This document shows positions 13,095-22,668 of a DNA stretch of 64,000 nucleotides, in pieces. The notes under the pieces were generated by a model. That model saw nothing but the letters and a program-made list of their open reading frames with translations. It was not told the origin of the DNA and did no database searches. Every line of letters starts with the position of its first letter. The stretch's first letter is position 1. The position numbers and the translations under genes were made by a program. Location of the stretch: contig NC_079169.1 of assembly GCF_947568905.1 (NCBI RefSeq), positions 57,784,001 to 57,848,000 on the forward strand. The letters are read 5' to 3'. The stretch is from Ostrea edulis. Taxonomy: Eukaryota.

Positions 13095-13960
13095 ATTGAA
13101 ATTTCCTCACTCATATGTATATTGAGATGTCACTAGGGGTGAATCAATATATCGATAATCGAAATGTACCGGTATACGCCTGTCCAGCGATATACGATAC
13201 AGTGTTTCGACGATACGATACGATATAATGTCGGGGTTAAAAATAGTCGGGATCGAAGTTCATAATTTAAAAATGGCTTCTAACAGGAACACGATTCCTC
13301 AGACTTTAATCCCCGCATTTTCATTGTGACATTGGAGATTCCTCAGACTTCAATCCCCGCTTTTTCATTGTGACATTGGAGTTTCCTCAGACTTCAATCC
13401 CCGTTTTTACTTTGTGACACATCGGAGATTTCTCAGACTTTAATCCCCGCTTTTACATTATGACATTGGAGTTTCCTCAGACTTTAATTGTCATTGTTTG
13501 TTTTGTTATGAAATAAAAGATATTAAACCACTTCATTTTTTTTTAAAATTTTGATATTTTACTTCAGAAAATATTTAACTACCTTGTATATCCAATATAT
13601 CGGATATCGCATCAGAAAATATTGTATCGTATTGTATCGTAAAATCTTGAGCAATACACACCCCTAGATGTCACCAGTTGTAGGTGATACCATTGTATAC
13701 CTGCTTAGCGATCAGGGCTGTAGCAGTGAGGGCTCTTTACCGTGCCAACGCCTGCCATGATAGAGGAACTCCGTTTTTAAGGTCATATCTAAATGACTCA
13801 TGACTCTCACTTCTAAAAGCCGAGCATTTGTTGAAGGAGCAATCTTTACCAGTGTTTATGTTTTAGATTTGATGTGCCCATGGCATGAGTGGGGCATTAA
13901 CTCATGACTTCACAGTTATGAAGAGAACGTTCTACCACTGAACTACCATAACCAGTCCAT
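13095..13960 (-). mobile_element. SINE interrupted by a hAT MITE
   Basis: The SINE body ...ctcactcatatgtatattgagatgtcac resumes as gatgtcaccagttg... after 13666. Confidence 0.6.
13134..13666. mobile_element. hAT-type MITE (533 bp) with an internal 44-bp minisatellite
   Basis: TIRs TAGGGGTG...CACCCCTA; perfect 8-bp TSD GATGTCAC (13126-13133 and 13667-13674); cgatac subterminal repeats; about 4.4 x 44-bp tandem units at 13293-13488. Confidence 0.85.
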
Positions 13961-13995
13961 AATGAGAGGAATATAAATCTCAAACATTTTCCTAC

Positions 13996-14126
13996 CTAAC
14001 AGGCCACCATATCCACACCCAATGTCTGCAAATTCCACTCTGTGACTGCAGTCTGTAATCTTCTGACCAGGATTAAAAAAATCTGGGTAATGCTCACACC
14101 AATCCATTTCTTCGGGCTTCACTGGG
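13996..14126 (-). CDS. METTL1: tRNA (guanine-N7)-methyltransferase, exon 2
   Basis: AG acceptor and GT donor flank 131 nt encoding [17 protein letters not shown]...[14 protein letters not shown], which includes SAM-binding motif I. Confidence 0.92.
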
Positions 14127-14205
14127 CTACAATATCAAGAATGATCAATCACAAACACACACAATTCATTTCTTCAGGCTTCACTGTGGCCAAGGGGGGG
14201 GGGGG

Positions 14206-14264
<59 letters not shown>

Positions 14265-14481
14265 CTAATATATCTTTCTTGTGTTTATATTTGCATTACA
14301 AGAAAAAGACATTGTCAAATCATTTGCACACCCCTCCTCCGGATTCTATATGCCTGTAGTAACATAGACCCCTACTATCATTATTACAGACAAATTTAAA
14401 TCATCGGTTCTTGTGGCTGTGGTTACATCAATACACGTAATTTAAAATAAAAACTGGAGCAAATAACATAACTGTACCTAC

Positions 14482-14564
14482 ACGTCAAAATTATGGTCTG
14501 TCATAGGATTTGAGTGGGCTCTCTGTCTATAGTATTTCTTCTGTGGTAACCGTACTGCTTCCAT
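14482..14564 (-). CDS. METTL1: tRNA (guanine-N7)-methyltransferase, exon 1
   Basis: ATG at 14564 encodes MEAVRLPQKKYYRQRAHSNPMTDHNFD, with the conserved Trm8/METTL1 PQKKYYRQRAHSNP signature. The donor GTAGGT is in phase with exon 2. Confidence 0.92.
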
Positions 14565-15350
14565 TTCATTTGTATAGTTATAATACAAGTTACAACACAG
14601 GAACGTGCTTACAGCGTTTTTTACTTTCGCTTTGCAACTCATCAACTTTCTGTTCAATCTGAGCCCGATGATGAATAAATTGATTTCTGTAAGAGACTTT
14701 CTGATTGTATTGTGTTATATCTGGTCTCTCATACAGATAAAAAATCTTAAGCTTATTCAAAAAGCTTTTTATTTTACTTAATGATGACTGTAATGAAACC
14801 TGTTATACACAAATAGTAATCGGGATCGAAGGTCCATATTGGACAGCTCATCAAACCAAAATAAAAGTTGGTGGACGAGTGGTGTTGTTACATTGTAACA
14901 GCCCAACAGGATTTCCGAACCAAAGGCTTAGGACTGGTAATTTTATTCCATTTACATTTACTAATGTTACAGTGAATGAAAAAATGCATTGTCTGAGAAT
15001 TTATAAGGCGGTCTATAAGACTCTCAGACGATTTAAACTTAGAATCGCCCCCAACTTATATTACAAATAATTTATAGCATAAAGGCGAACACTAACCCAA
15101 CTTATTACAAATAATTCACAGCACAAAATATTCATGTACATTTTTATACAGTCAGAGGAATGACATAATGCCTTTGATGAAGTATTAATAACATTTTATG
15201 TTTTATCATTTATTCAGATAAAGGTGTACACATTTGATAGATAACTTTGAACATACTGTCTTTGGCCCAGTTCTAGATAGAATGTTCTATCATTAAAGTG
15301 ATAATGTCCTACAGACCCGACCTGTCTCGAGACACAGTTAGATTATCCTA

Positions 15351-15712
15351 TGTAACAGGAAAGGAGAAAATGCAACAGACCAGACCAGGATTCGAACCTG
15401 GGCCCCCTGAATCTCTAGTCAGGTGCTCTACCAACTGAGCTAACTGGCCACCGGCGATCGAATCCGGCTGACCGCTACGCTCCTCCTTCAAATGTATTCA
15501 CATTTGAAAACATCAACCCAGGGTCTTAATCCCCTGGCAGGCATTTTCACCTGTCAGTTCCAGGGGCTGGTCACGGCACCAAATGTAACAGGAAGGGAGA
15601 AATTGCAATGAACCAGACCAGGATTCGAACCCGGGCCCCCTGAATCTCTAGTCAGGTGCTCTACCAACTGAGCTATCTGGCCACCGGCGATCGAATCCGG
15701 CTGACCGCAGCA
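15351..15712 (-). mobile_element. Complete TRIM (non-autonomous LTR retrotransposon) with tRNA-derived LTRs, Helenus-like
   Basis: Two 129-bp LTRs (15351-15479 and 15584-15712); PBS TGGTGCCGTGAC (15570-15581, tRNA-His type) 2 nt from the 5' LTR; PPT GAAGGAGGAG (15480-15489); 4-bp TSD CCTA on both sides. Confidence 0.88.
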
Positions 15713-16199
15713 CCTAACCAGCTCAGTTCCGGATCACTTTTTCATTAATGATTGCTGACGGTACAATCCACAGGCACCTTTAGTGTTGATAGCTTGTATA
15801 GATCTTATGTACATACCCCCCCCCCCCTTCTAAAAAGAAATTATTTAAAAAAGAACCAATAAATTGTCCAAAATATGTTATTTCCCCACCAATCACCCTC
15901 ATAAGTCATTCTGAATAGTCAGTTTCAACCTTTTGTAAGCTTTAGAGATGACCACTTGTGAGATATATATATGTGTGTGTGTGTGTAAAGGTGTGCAACA
16001 AAACATGTAAACAAATAGGGGGCTACCTGCTTATAGACCGATTCAAGGGGTATAAACCAACTTTATCGAAGGAATTTCTGCGACTCTCTCATCAGGCTAA
16101 TGTAGTTCTACTTATGTCTTTCATCTAAATCCCATGCCATCCATTTTATTTGTCGTATTCTGCCTTTTTTTTTTCATCGTACCTGAGCTTTTACGTCCA

Positions 16200-16800
16200 T
16201 TGACAGTCTTAAAGGAGGTTGTGATATCACTTTGCGTCTCGCGTTATCTGATTGGCTTGCACTTGCGTCATCTTTCAAAAATACACTTCGGAAAAGTATT
16301 ACAGCTTAATTAATTTTGATTGATTATCATCTTCAAATAATTAATTCTATATAGTTATGTATCAAAACTAGTTTTTTACCTTGAAATAATCCAAATTGAT
16401 ATTTCTATTAGTCATTATCATGCGCCTTTGAAAAATTTTTAATAGCTCTTTCATGTATTTTCGTTCATTGCTAAGAAAAAGATTGAGGTGGTCAGAATAT
16501 TGAAGAGCCAATCATTTAGGCATAGTCAAAATTAGGGCTTTCAAAATCCTCTTGATTAGAATTGATATATAATTATCTTTCTCTGAATCTGTTAATGATA
16601 TAACTTTTTATCATATACTTGGTTATGATTATGCAGATTCTGAACTGCGTGATACGGGTGACGTCACAATAGACAATATCAACGACCAGTCCGAAAATCC
16701 ATCACATATCAGACTGGTGTGCAAAAATGCACATCAAACCGGAAATTGCGTATTTGCTCGTAACAATCAGCGTATCAATGTTTTCTGCCATGGTAATATA
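16200..16800. promoter_or_regulatory. Putative promoter region between divergent METTL1 and MFSD5
   Basis: Locally CpG-richer. Contains a CCAAT box (ctgattgg, near 16247), a CRE TGACGTCA (near 16659) and an ETS-like CCGGAAAT (near 16739). This is a motif-only inference. Confidence 0.35.
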
Positions 16801-17165
16801 ATGTATCAATGTTTTTTACTGTAGTAAATCAATCAATGTATGGGAGATTTTACCATAGTTAATTATAATTGATATATCAAAGTTTTTAGCACCATAGTTA
16901 ATTATTCAATGTACCAACATTTTTTTTACTGGAGTTGGTCTAAATCATTGTATCAAGGTTTTTAACATAAAAAAGTAATGTATCAAATATTCCTTGATCT
17001 GCCTTTGAAATGCAAAAACATAGCCCGCATGTGATAACAAGAATATTATTTTATAAAATCAGCTTTTGAAGTCCGTATAAAAATTTTAAAAAATCAAAAC
17101 ATCAAAAATACTATCCGGTTTGTATGAAATATTTGAGCATGGAAAATTGCAGTATATGATAAACA

Positions 17166-17292
17166 GAGTATTACATGCCAAAATCCATATCATATGTCAT
17201 ATTAGCCCTTGGGCCCCATATCAACCCTCAGGCTGATATGAGGTCCCTCAGGCTGATATGACATATGATATGGATTTTAGCATGTAATATTC
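17166..17292. mobile_element. Small fold-back (palindromic) MITE
   Basis: tattacatgccaaaatccatatcatatgtcatattagcc ... ggctgatatgacatatgatatggattttagcatgtaata are inverted arms of about 40 bp. Confidence 0.6.
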
Positions 17293-18654
17293 TCTATATA
17301 TCTACCTGAGATGGCAATTCCTCACCATTTTCTTGTGATATTGGCAATCAGGGTGGGAAGCTTGGGGGAAAAATATCAAAGGCATAAGATTAAATATGCT
17401 AAAGTTAAAGAGACACTACAGCTCATTTTCCACATTTTAATGAAGAGTTTTTTAAAACACGTATTGATAAATGATAAAAATCATATCCATACTGACAGTT
17501 TTAAACAAATTGGATGCATCCATTTGCTCTCAACTTAGCTTTGAAGATCGTCCAGAATTCAAATGTTTCTTCATGCTGACTTGAACTTTTGAATGCTTCA
17601 CGTGATTTTGAATGACAGCAAATTAAAGTGTTGTGTAGAAATTTATTTAAATACTCCCTCAAGGGGGTCCATACTCACCTTTCCAGTATGAGATTATTCC
17701 CTGCTCCTTATGATAAGTAATTGTAAATCATTCTTCAACAGAAACCCTTTTATGTTCCTATTGACCAATGTCTTTTACAACTAACACGTGCTGTGTTCAG
17801 ATAAGAATAGCACTTTTAAAGCAGTGTGTTCGCGGCTAGTCCCAATGGCATATTTAGAGGGGGCCAGGACCCCCTCCCTTTTATCGCCACAAATTGTGAG
17901 TAAAACTCCAGATTTTGCACCCAGAATGGCTGATTTCTTTGGCTAGTATTTGACTTTCATATTCCCCTATATCCTAGATCCGTCGCTGAGTCCTGCATGC
18001 ATTTCTCCTAGCTCTTTGTTTTCCAACGGTCATACTGATCCCAAAGTAAATTTTAGTTCACGTATGAATTTTAACTCATTCTATTTTTACCTCTTTTCTC
18101 ACAGAATCTGTCAAAATTTGTATCTATCCATGGATCTATTCACAACACTTTCTCTCACTGGACGACATGCTGCACTGTTTACTGAATTGAAATTTGGAAT
18201 ATAGATATATTATAAGAATATGCAAGTCAAATACTTAAATTACGGGTTGAGTTGGATAATATTTGGCAGAGTTATGGCCCTTCAGCTGAGGCGTCCATGT
18301 TCCTATGACATATATCTAATTCTAAATAATATTGCTAAGGAATATTAATGGATGATTGATAATCAGTCAAAACTTTTTGGATGGGGGCTGGATTACAATA
18401 CATATAAATATGATAAAGTTGGGTGCTCTTTACTCTCACATTCACTCTGTGAATGGAAAACAAAAATGAAAAACATAATTTACAAAATCATTGCAATCAA
18501 TCAATAATAAATGTAGATGGTAGTAAAAGTTTAGTTTGAAATAATTTTCTAGTTTCCCAGTTTTAATTAAAAGACAAATTGCAGATTTCGAAAACAAAGT
18601 AAATCATGAATTGTTGAGTTCAAATCAATGCATGAACTCTAGTTCTAATGTTAA

Positions 18655-19739
18655 ATTTTTATATCAAGTTTTGAAGGAAGAAGAGTTCATAGCCCCACAA
18701 CTCAAAAGAGAGAAGTGGGAAATTTATCTCAATGAAACTATTTCAGAAAAATGTTGGGAATTTTATTATATGAATAAGAAACAAAATTAATTTATTTTCA
18801 ATAATTCCATGGCTGAGTTATGGAGTTATGGCATCGCTCTCAAAATCACACGGACTCTCACCTCTGTCGGCGCGAGTTCGAATCCCGCTCACGTCGGTAA
18901 GTGAGAAAGTTTCCCAGTTTACTTTGGGAAGGTCGGTGGTCTCTTCTTAGGTACATTGTATCTGGGTTCTCTCTTCCACCAATGAAAACTGGGTGCCACC
19001 AGATAGCTTAAAAATTGTTTAGTGTGGCAGAAAACATCAATCAATCAATACCGTATACTTATGTGTTATATAGCTACAAACTCTTTCCTTCACAAACTTA
19101 AACTTGTAGATAATGACTTGTGTTCATTTTGCAAAAGCAAAAGAGAAACAGTCACTCCTATTTTTTTATGACTGTGTTTATGCATCTGCCTTCTGGAGAG
19201 ATTTTGTGAAATGGTACAATGCGTTTGAAAAAGATTATAAAATCACAAAAAGAATTGTGTTACTAGACAATATTGATGGAAGTTGTTTGGAAAATTATCT
19301 TCTTTTGTTAGCAAAAAAGCACATTTATTACTCTAGATCACAGGGCTCAAAACCTGAATTGTCGGTTGCAATTAATTTGTTTAAATAGTATAGAAATTTA
19401 GATAAATATTGTCAAAATGTATTTCATAGCAAATCCAAAATGCTTGGTAAATGGGCATTGTATGATAATATAATGGACAAGTAGTTTGTTGAAAATCATA
19501 ATACATTTATATGAAAAATAAAATAATTACTTTATCTTTGAATGTGTATGTATATATATATATGTTTATGTGTGTGTATATATAAATGTGTATACATGTA
19601 TATAATATATATAATTCATTGTTATTGTTGTGGATGCAGAAGGTGCACAGAGTAATTGCAAGTATGAATGAGTGAGTGTATAGTACAGTTTGTATGTATA
19701 GATATGTTTAAAATACCAAAATAAAACATTAAAAAAAAA
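18655..19739 (+). mobile_element. 3' fragment of an L1/Tx1-type LINE (zf-RVT region), interrupted by a SINE
   Basis: Broken reading ATNSFLHKLKLVDNDLCSFC..E...FYDC....FW....W ... LLLLAKKHIY, followed by (TA/TG)n and an A-rich tail near 19730. Confidence 0.65.
18810..19050 (+). mobile_element. tRNA-derived SINE nested in the LINE fragment
   Basis: A-box-like tggctgagttatgg, B-box gttcgaatcc, a core shared with 4445-4590 and a (caat)n tail. Confidence 0.7.
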
Positions 19740-19862
19740 GTTCCCCAGTTTTCAACTAAAAAATTGGAAATTTCTACCCACATTTCTACTGGTTTATTAT
19801 CAAATTAAATGATTTTTGTCTTATCTTTTAGATGATGATGGTATGATTGCTATCTGAAAACC

Positions 19863-21224
19863 ATGATTGGACCAGTTCTATACTTCACCCTAATTCTTCT
19901 CGCTGTTGTATGTGCTGCCTTCCAGTATGTGGCTCATAGACTTCGTAGAGATGCTTCTATTGGCAACAATCCAATGTTTGTCAAGTTCCAGCGAGGCTAT
20001 TTCGCTGCCTACTTGATGGCGATGTTTGCTGACTGGCTCCAAGGTCCATACCTGTACAAATTATACCATCACTATGGTTTTCAAGAGGAGCAAATCGCCA
20101 TATTGTATGTGTTTGGATTTGCTTCAACTGTCCTTTTGGGAACATGGACACCAATTGCTGCAGATCAATTTGGGCGAAAGAAGTTGTGCATGTCTTTCAC
20201 AGTTTTATATTCTGTGTCATGCATATTGAAGCTGTCAACCAGTTATGGGGTTCTACTGATTGGCAGGATTTTGGGTGGAATTGCCACATCAGTTTTATTT
20301 TCTGCTTTTGAAGCGTGGTATGTTCATGAACATATTGAGACACATGACTTTCCAAAAGAATGGATTGCAGTGACCTTCTCTAGAGCGTCATTTTGGAATG
20401 GTTTGTTGGCCATTCTAGCAGGATTTACGACAAATGTCCTTTGCGACTGGATGGGATTTGGTCCAGTTGCTCCGTATATATTGGCAATTCCGTTCTTGAT
20501 CGCTGCAGGCGTGATTGTTACATACACTTGGAATGAGAATTATAGTGGACACACAATTAAGTTTCGGAAATTGTGTGGTGAAGGTTTCAGAAGCATTGTG
20601 ACGGAGGAAAAAATATTTATGTTAGGAGCTATTGAATCTCTGTTTGAAAGTGTTATTTATATCATCATTTTCTTATGGACACCCATTTTAGAACCTACTA
20701 AACCTATGTTTGGTGTTGTATTTTCCACATTCATGATAAGTATATTGACAGGCCAGGCTTTCTTCCAAGTGATTTCTTTGCGCAAGAAGATGTCCACAGC
20801 CGTTTTACTCTTGATATCTATCTCGATAGCCTTCTTTTCAAACATACTGCTAGTATACTCGACCCATCCTGGTACTCATGACTATGCTCTGTCTTTTTCT
20901 GCCTTCGTCGTCTTTGAAATAGCCGTGGGCATTTATTTTCCCGCCATGGGATATCTCCGTTCTAGAATCATTCCCGACACGCATCGCTGGAGCATCATGA
21001 ACTGGTTCCGTGTTCCGATTAACCTGATCGCGTGTGCAGTTTTATTATTGCTTCATGAGGATGTTTTCCGCCATGGAAACCAAATGATCTTTGTGATTTG
21101 TGCAGTTTTGTTATTCCTGGCTATTCTTAGTGGTATCCGATTTAAGACTCTTACGAAAGACGACGAAAGTTTGACACAAGAGGCAGGCTGGCAGGAAAGT
21201 GATCATATTCACAACATCTTTTGA
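19863..21224 (+). CDS. MFSD5: Molybdate-anion transporter / major facilitator superfamily domain-containing protein 5, 453 aa, single coding exon
   Basis: Multi-TM MFS ORF with ADWLQGPYLYKLY, FSAFEAWYVHEH, FESVIYIIIFLWTP and NWFRVPINL motifs typical of MFSD5. An AG acceptor at 19830-31 implies an upstream 5'UTR exon. Confidence 0.93.
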   Translation: MIGPVLYFTLILLAVVCAAFQYVAHRLRRDASIGNNPMFVKFQRGYFAAYLMAMFADWLQGPYLYKLYHHYGFQEEQIAILYVFGFASTVLLGTWTPIAADQFGRKKLCMSFTVLYSVSCILKLSTSYGVLLIGRILGGIATSVLFSAFEAWYVHEHIETHDFPKEWIAVTFSRASFWNGLLAILAGFTTNVLCDWMGFGPVAPYILAIPFLIAAGVIVTYTWNENYSGHTIKFRKLCGEGFRSIVTEEKIFMLGAIESLFESVIYIIIFLWTPILEPTKPMFGVVFSTFMISILTGQAFFQVISLRKKMSTAVLLLISISIAFFSNILLVYSTHPGTHDYALSFSAFVVFEIAVGIYFPAMGYLRSRIIPDTHRWSIMNWFRVPINLIACAVLLLLHEDVFRHGNQMIFVICAVLLFLAILSGIRFKTLTKDDESLTQEAGWQESDHIHNIF

Positions 21225-21770
21225 AGTTCATAATGATACATATAATCGATATAATTATAATAACAATGGAACATGTTTCATATTAATCATTGGATGTTAA
21301 TGAATTTAAAACATTTCTCACTTACCTATATAATTTTTACACCTCCTGAATATTTCACTACTACATTAGCAATTTTTCAAAATATGTTGTAAGCTTATTG
21401 TAAGGAATGTATGCCTGTACGCGTTTGGAGGGTTTAGGGTCCTATAACTGTTACCATAGATGTGCTGTAAATTGGATATAAAATTTGAAAATAAATCAGT
21501 TCTTCGCATGTCTGGAGTCTAGTACTTGATCTATGGATCCCTCCAGGATAAATGTTTAGTGTCGGAGATTTATTTATTAGTCGTGAAGAGTTTGGGCATG
21601 TGTAGGGACAACGAAGACGACAACTTCCCTCTGATGTTTGAACCAAATGTTTTCTTTTAGTGCCTTGTTTCAACACTGCTGCATATTCTATACTTTGATG
21701 CATGTCATTTGTGTAGATTTGATGCATGTCATGGATGGTGGATTGATACATTCAACTTGTTAAAGCTTAA

Positions 21771-22151
21771 GGAGGTGCTCTACATCTGACATCGTCATAA
21801 TGGCTGACTTCCTTTTAAAACATGGATGAATATCGGCAATATGTGTTTATTAATTTCTAAAATTATCGCCTAACTCAGTAGGTTAGCACGTCGACATCTG
21901 AACTGTAGATCGCGGATTTGAGTCCAGCAGAGGTTTTCAATTTTTTCAGATTGCTTTCTACTAAAACTGCATCTAAAAAAAAAAAACCTACTGGACTCGA
22001 ACTCGCGATCTACAGTTCAGCAGTCCATGCACTAACCAACTGAGCTCCTCGGCTAGGTAATGAATTTTGAAATGAATAGACAAATATTGCTGATATTTAT
22101 ATTTTCATCCATGTTTTAAAAGAAAGTAATCCATTATGACGATGTAGAGTA
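21771..22151. mobile_element. Fold-back MITE with a tRNA-like sequence in each arm
   Basis: Arms of about 165 bp (21780-21945 and 21985-22150) are imperfect reverse complements. TTAA lies at both outer ends. The right arm has AGCTCAGTTGG and GTTCGAGTCC boxes on the minus strand. Confidence 0.65.
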
Positions 22152-22668
22152 TTAAAGAACCCCAAACTACTACGACGCTGAGCGCCAAGCATAAGCCGCA
22201 ATTCGTGGTACTTTACCTACAGTTGGTAGAGTTTCGACTGGACATCAAACAAACAAGCTAATTAATCCCACCCCCCAAAAAATGATGCATTCAAATGCTG
22301 CACTTTATTTTTAAAATGTTATGTATATCACAGACACTTTACAAATACCTTGTCGAATTCAAGGGTATGCATACACATACTTCATCTGATAAATACATTG
22401 CATGTAATACATGGACTAGTACTTGAGTGATTCAATCTGAAGCAAAATTTGAAAAGCGAATACAGAACGCACATGTCATGTTGTCGCATAGATATGTACC
22501 AAATGAATTTGTATATATTTTACGTTTGTTTCACAAATATCGACGAATTTGCTCAATAATTTAAATAAATAATTTCACTTTACATTTCATTTTACAATCA
22601 CAGCGCATGCATATTAATCATGAATATCTGAGTTTTAGTTACTCTTTTCAATTTACAGGAGAACTGAG

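Noticed and set aside
14042-14359. ORFs containing ERERER, THTHTH or YIYIYI runs (also 35561-35857, 38026-38223, 42499-42750, 60038-60372)
   Set aside because: These are translations of (GA)n, (CA)n and (TA)n microsatellites.
15611-15682. tRNA gene
   Set aside because: It has an 8-nt anticodon loop and is duplicated as part of both LTRs of a TRIM, so it is treated as a tRNA-derived promoter cassette. The tRNA-like heads at 18810, 21985-22060 and 34790-34866 are likewise parts of repeats.
21434-21751. 105-aa minus-strand ORF, with another frame reading VVVFVVPT like a helicase motif Ia
   Set aside because: There are multiple stops in that frame, no splice context and no other helicase motif, so it is likely chance.
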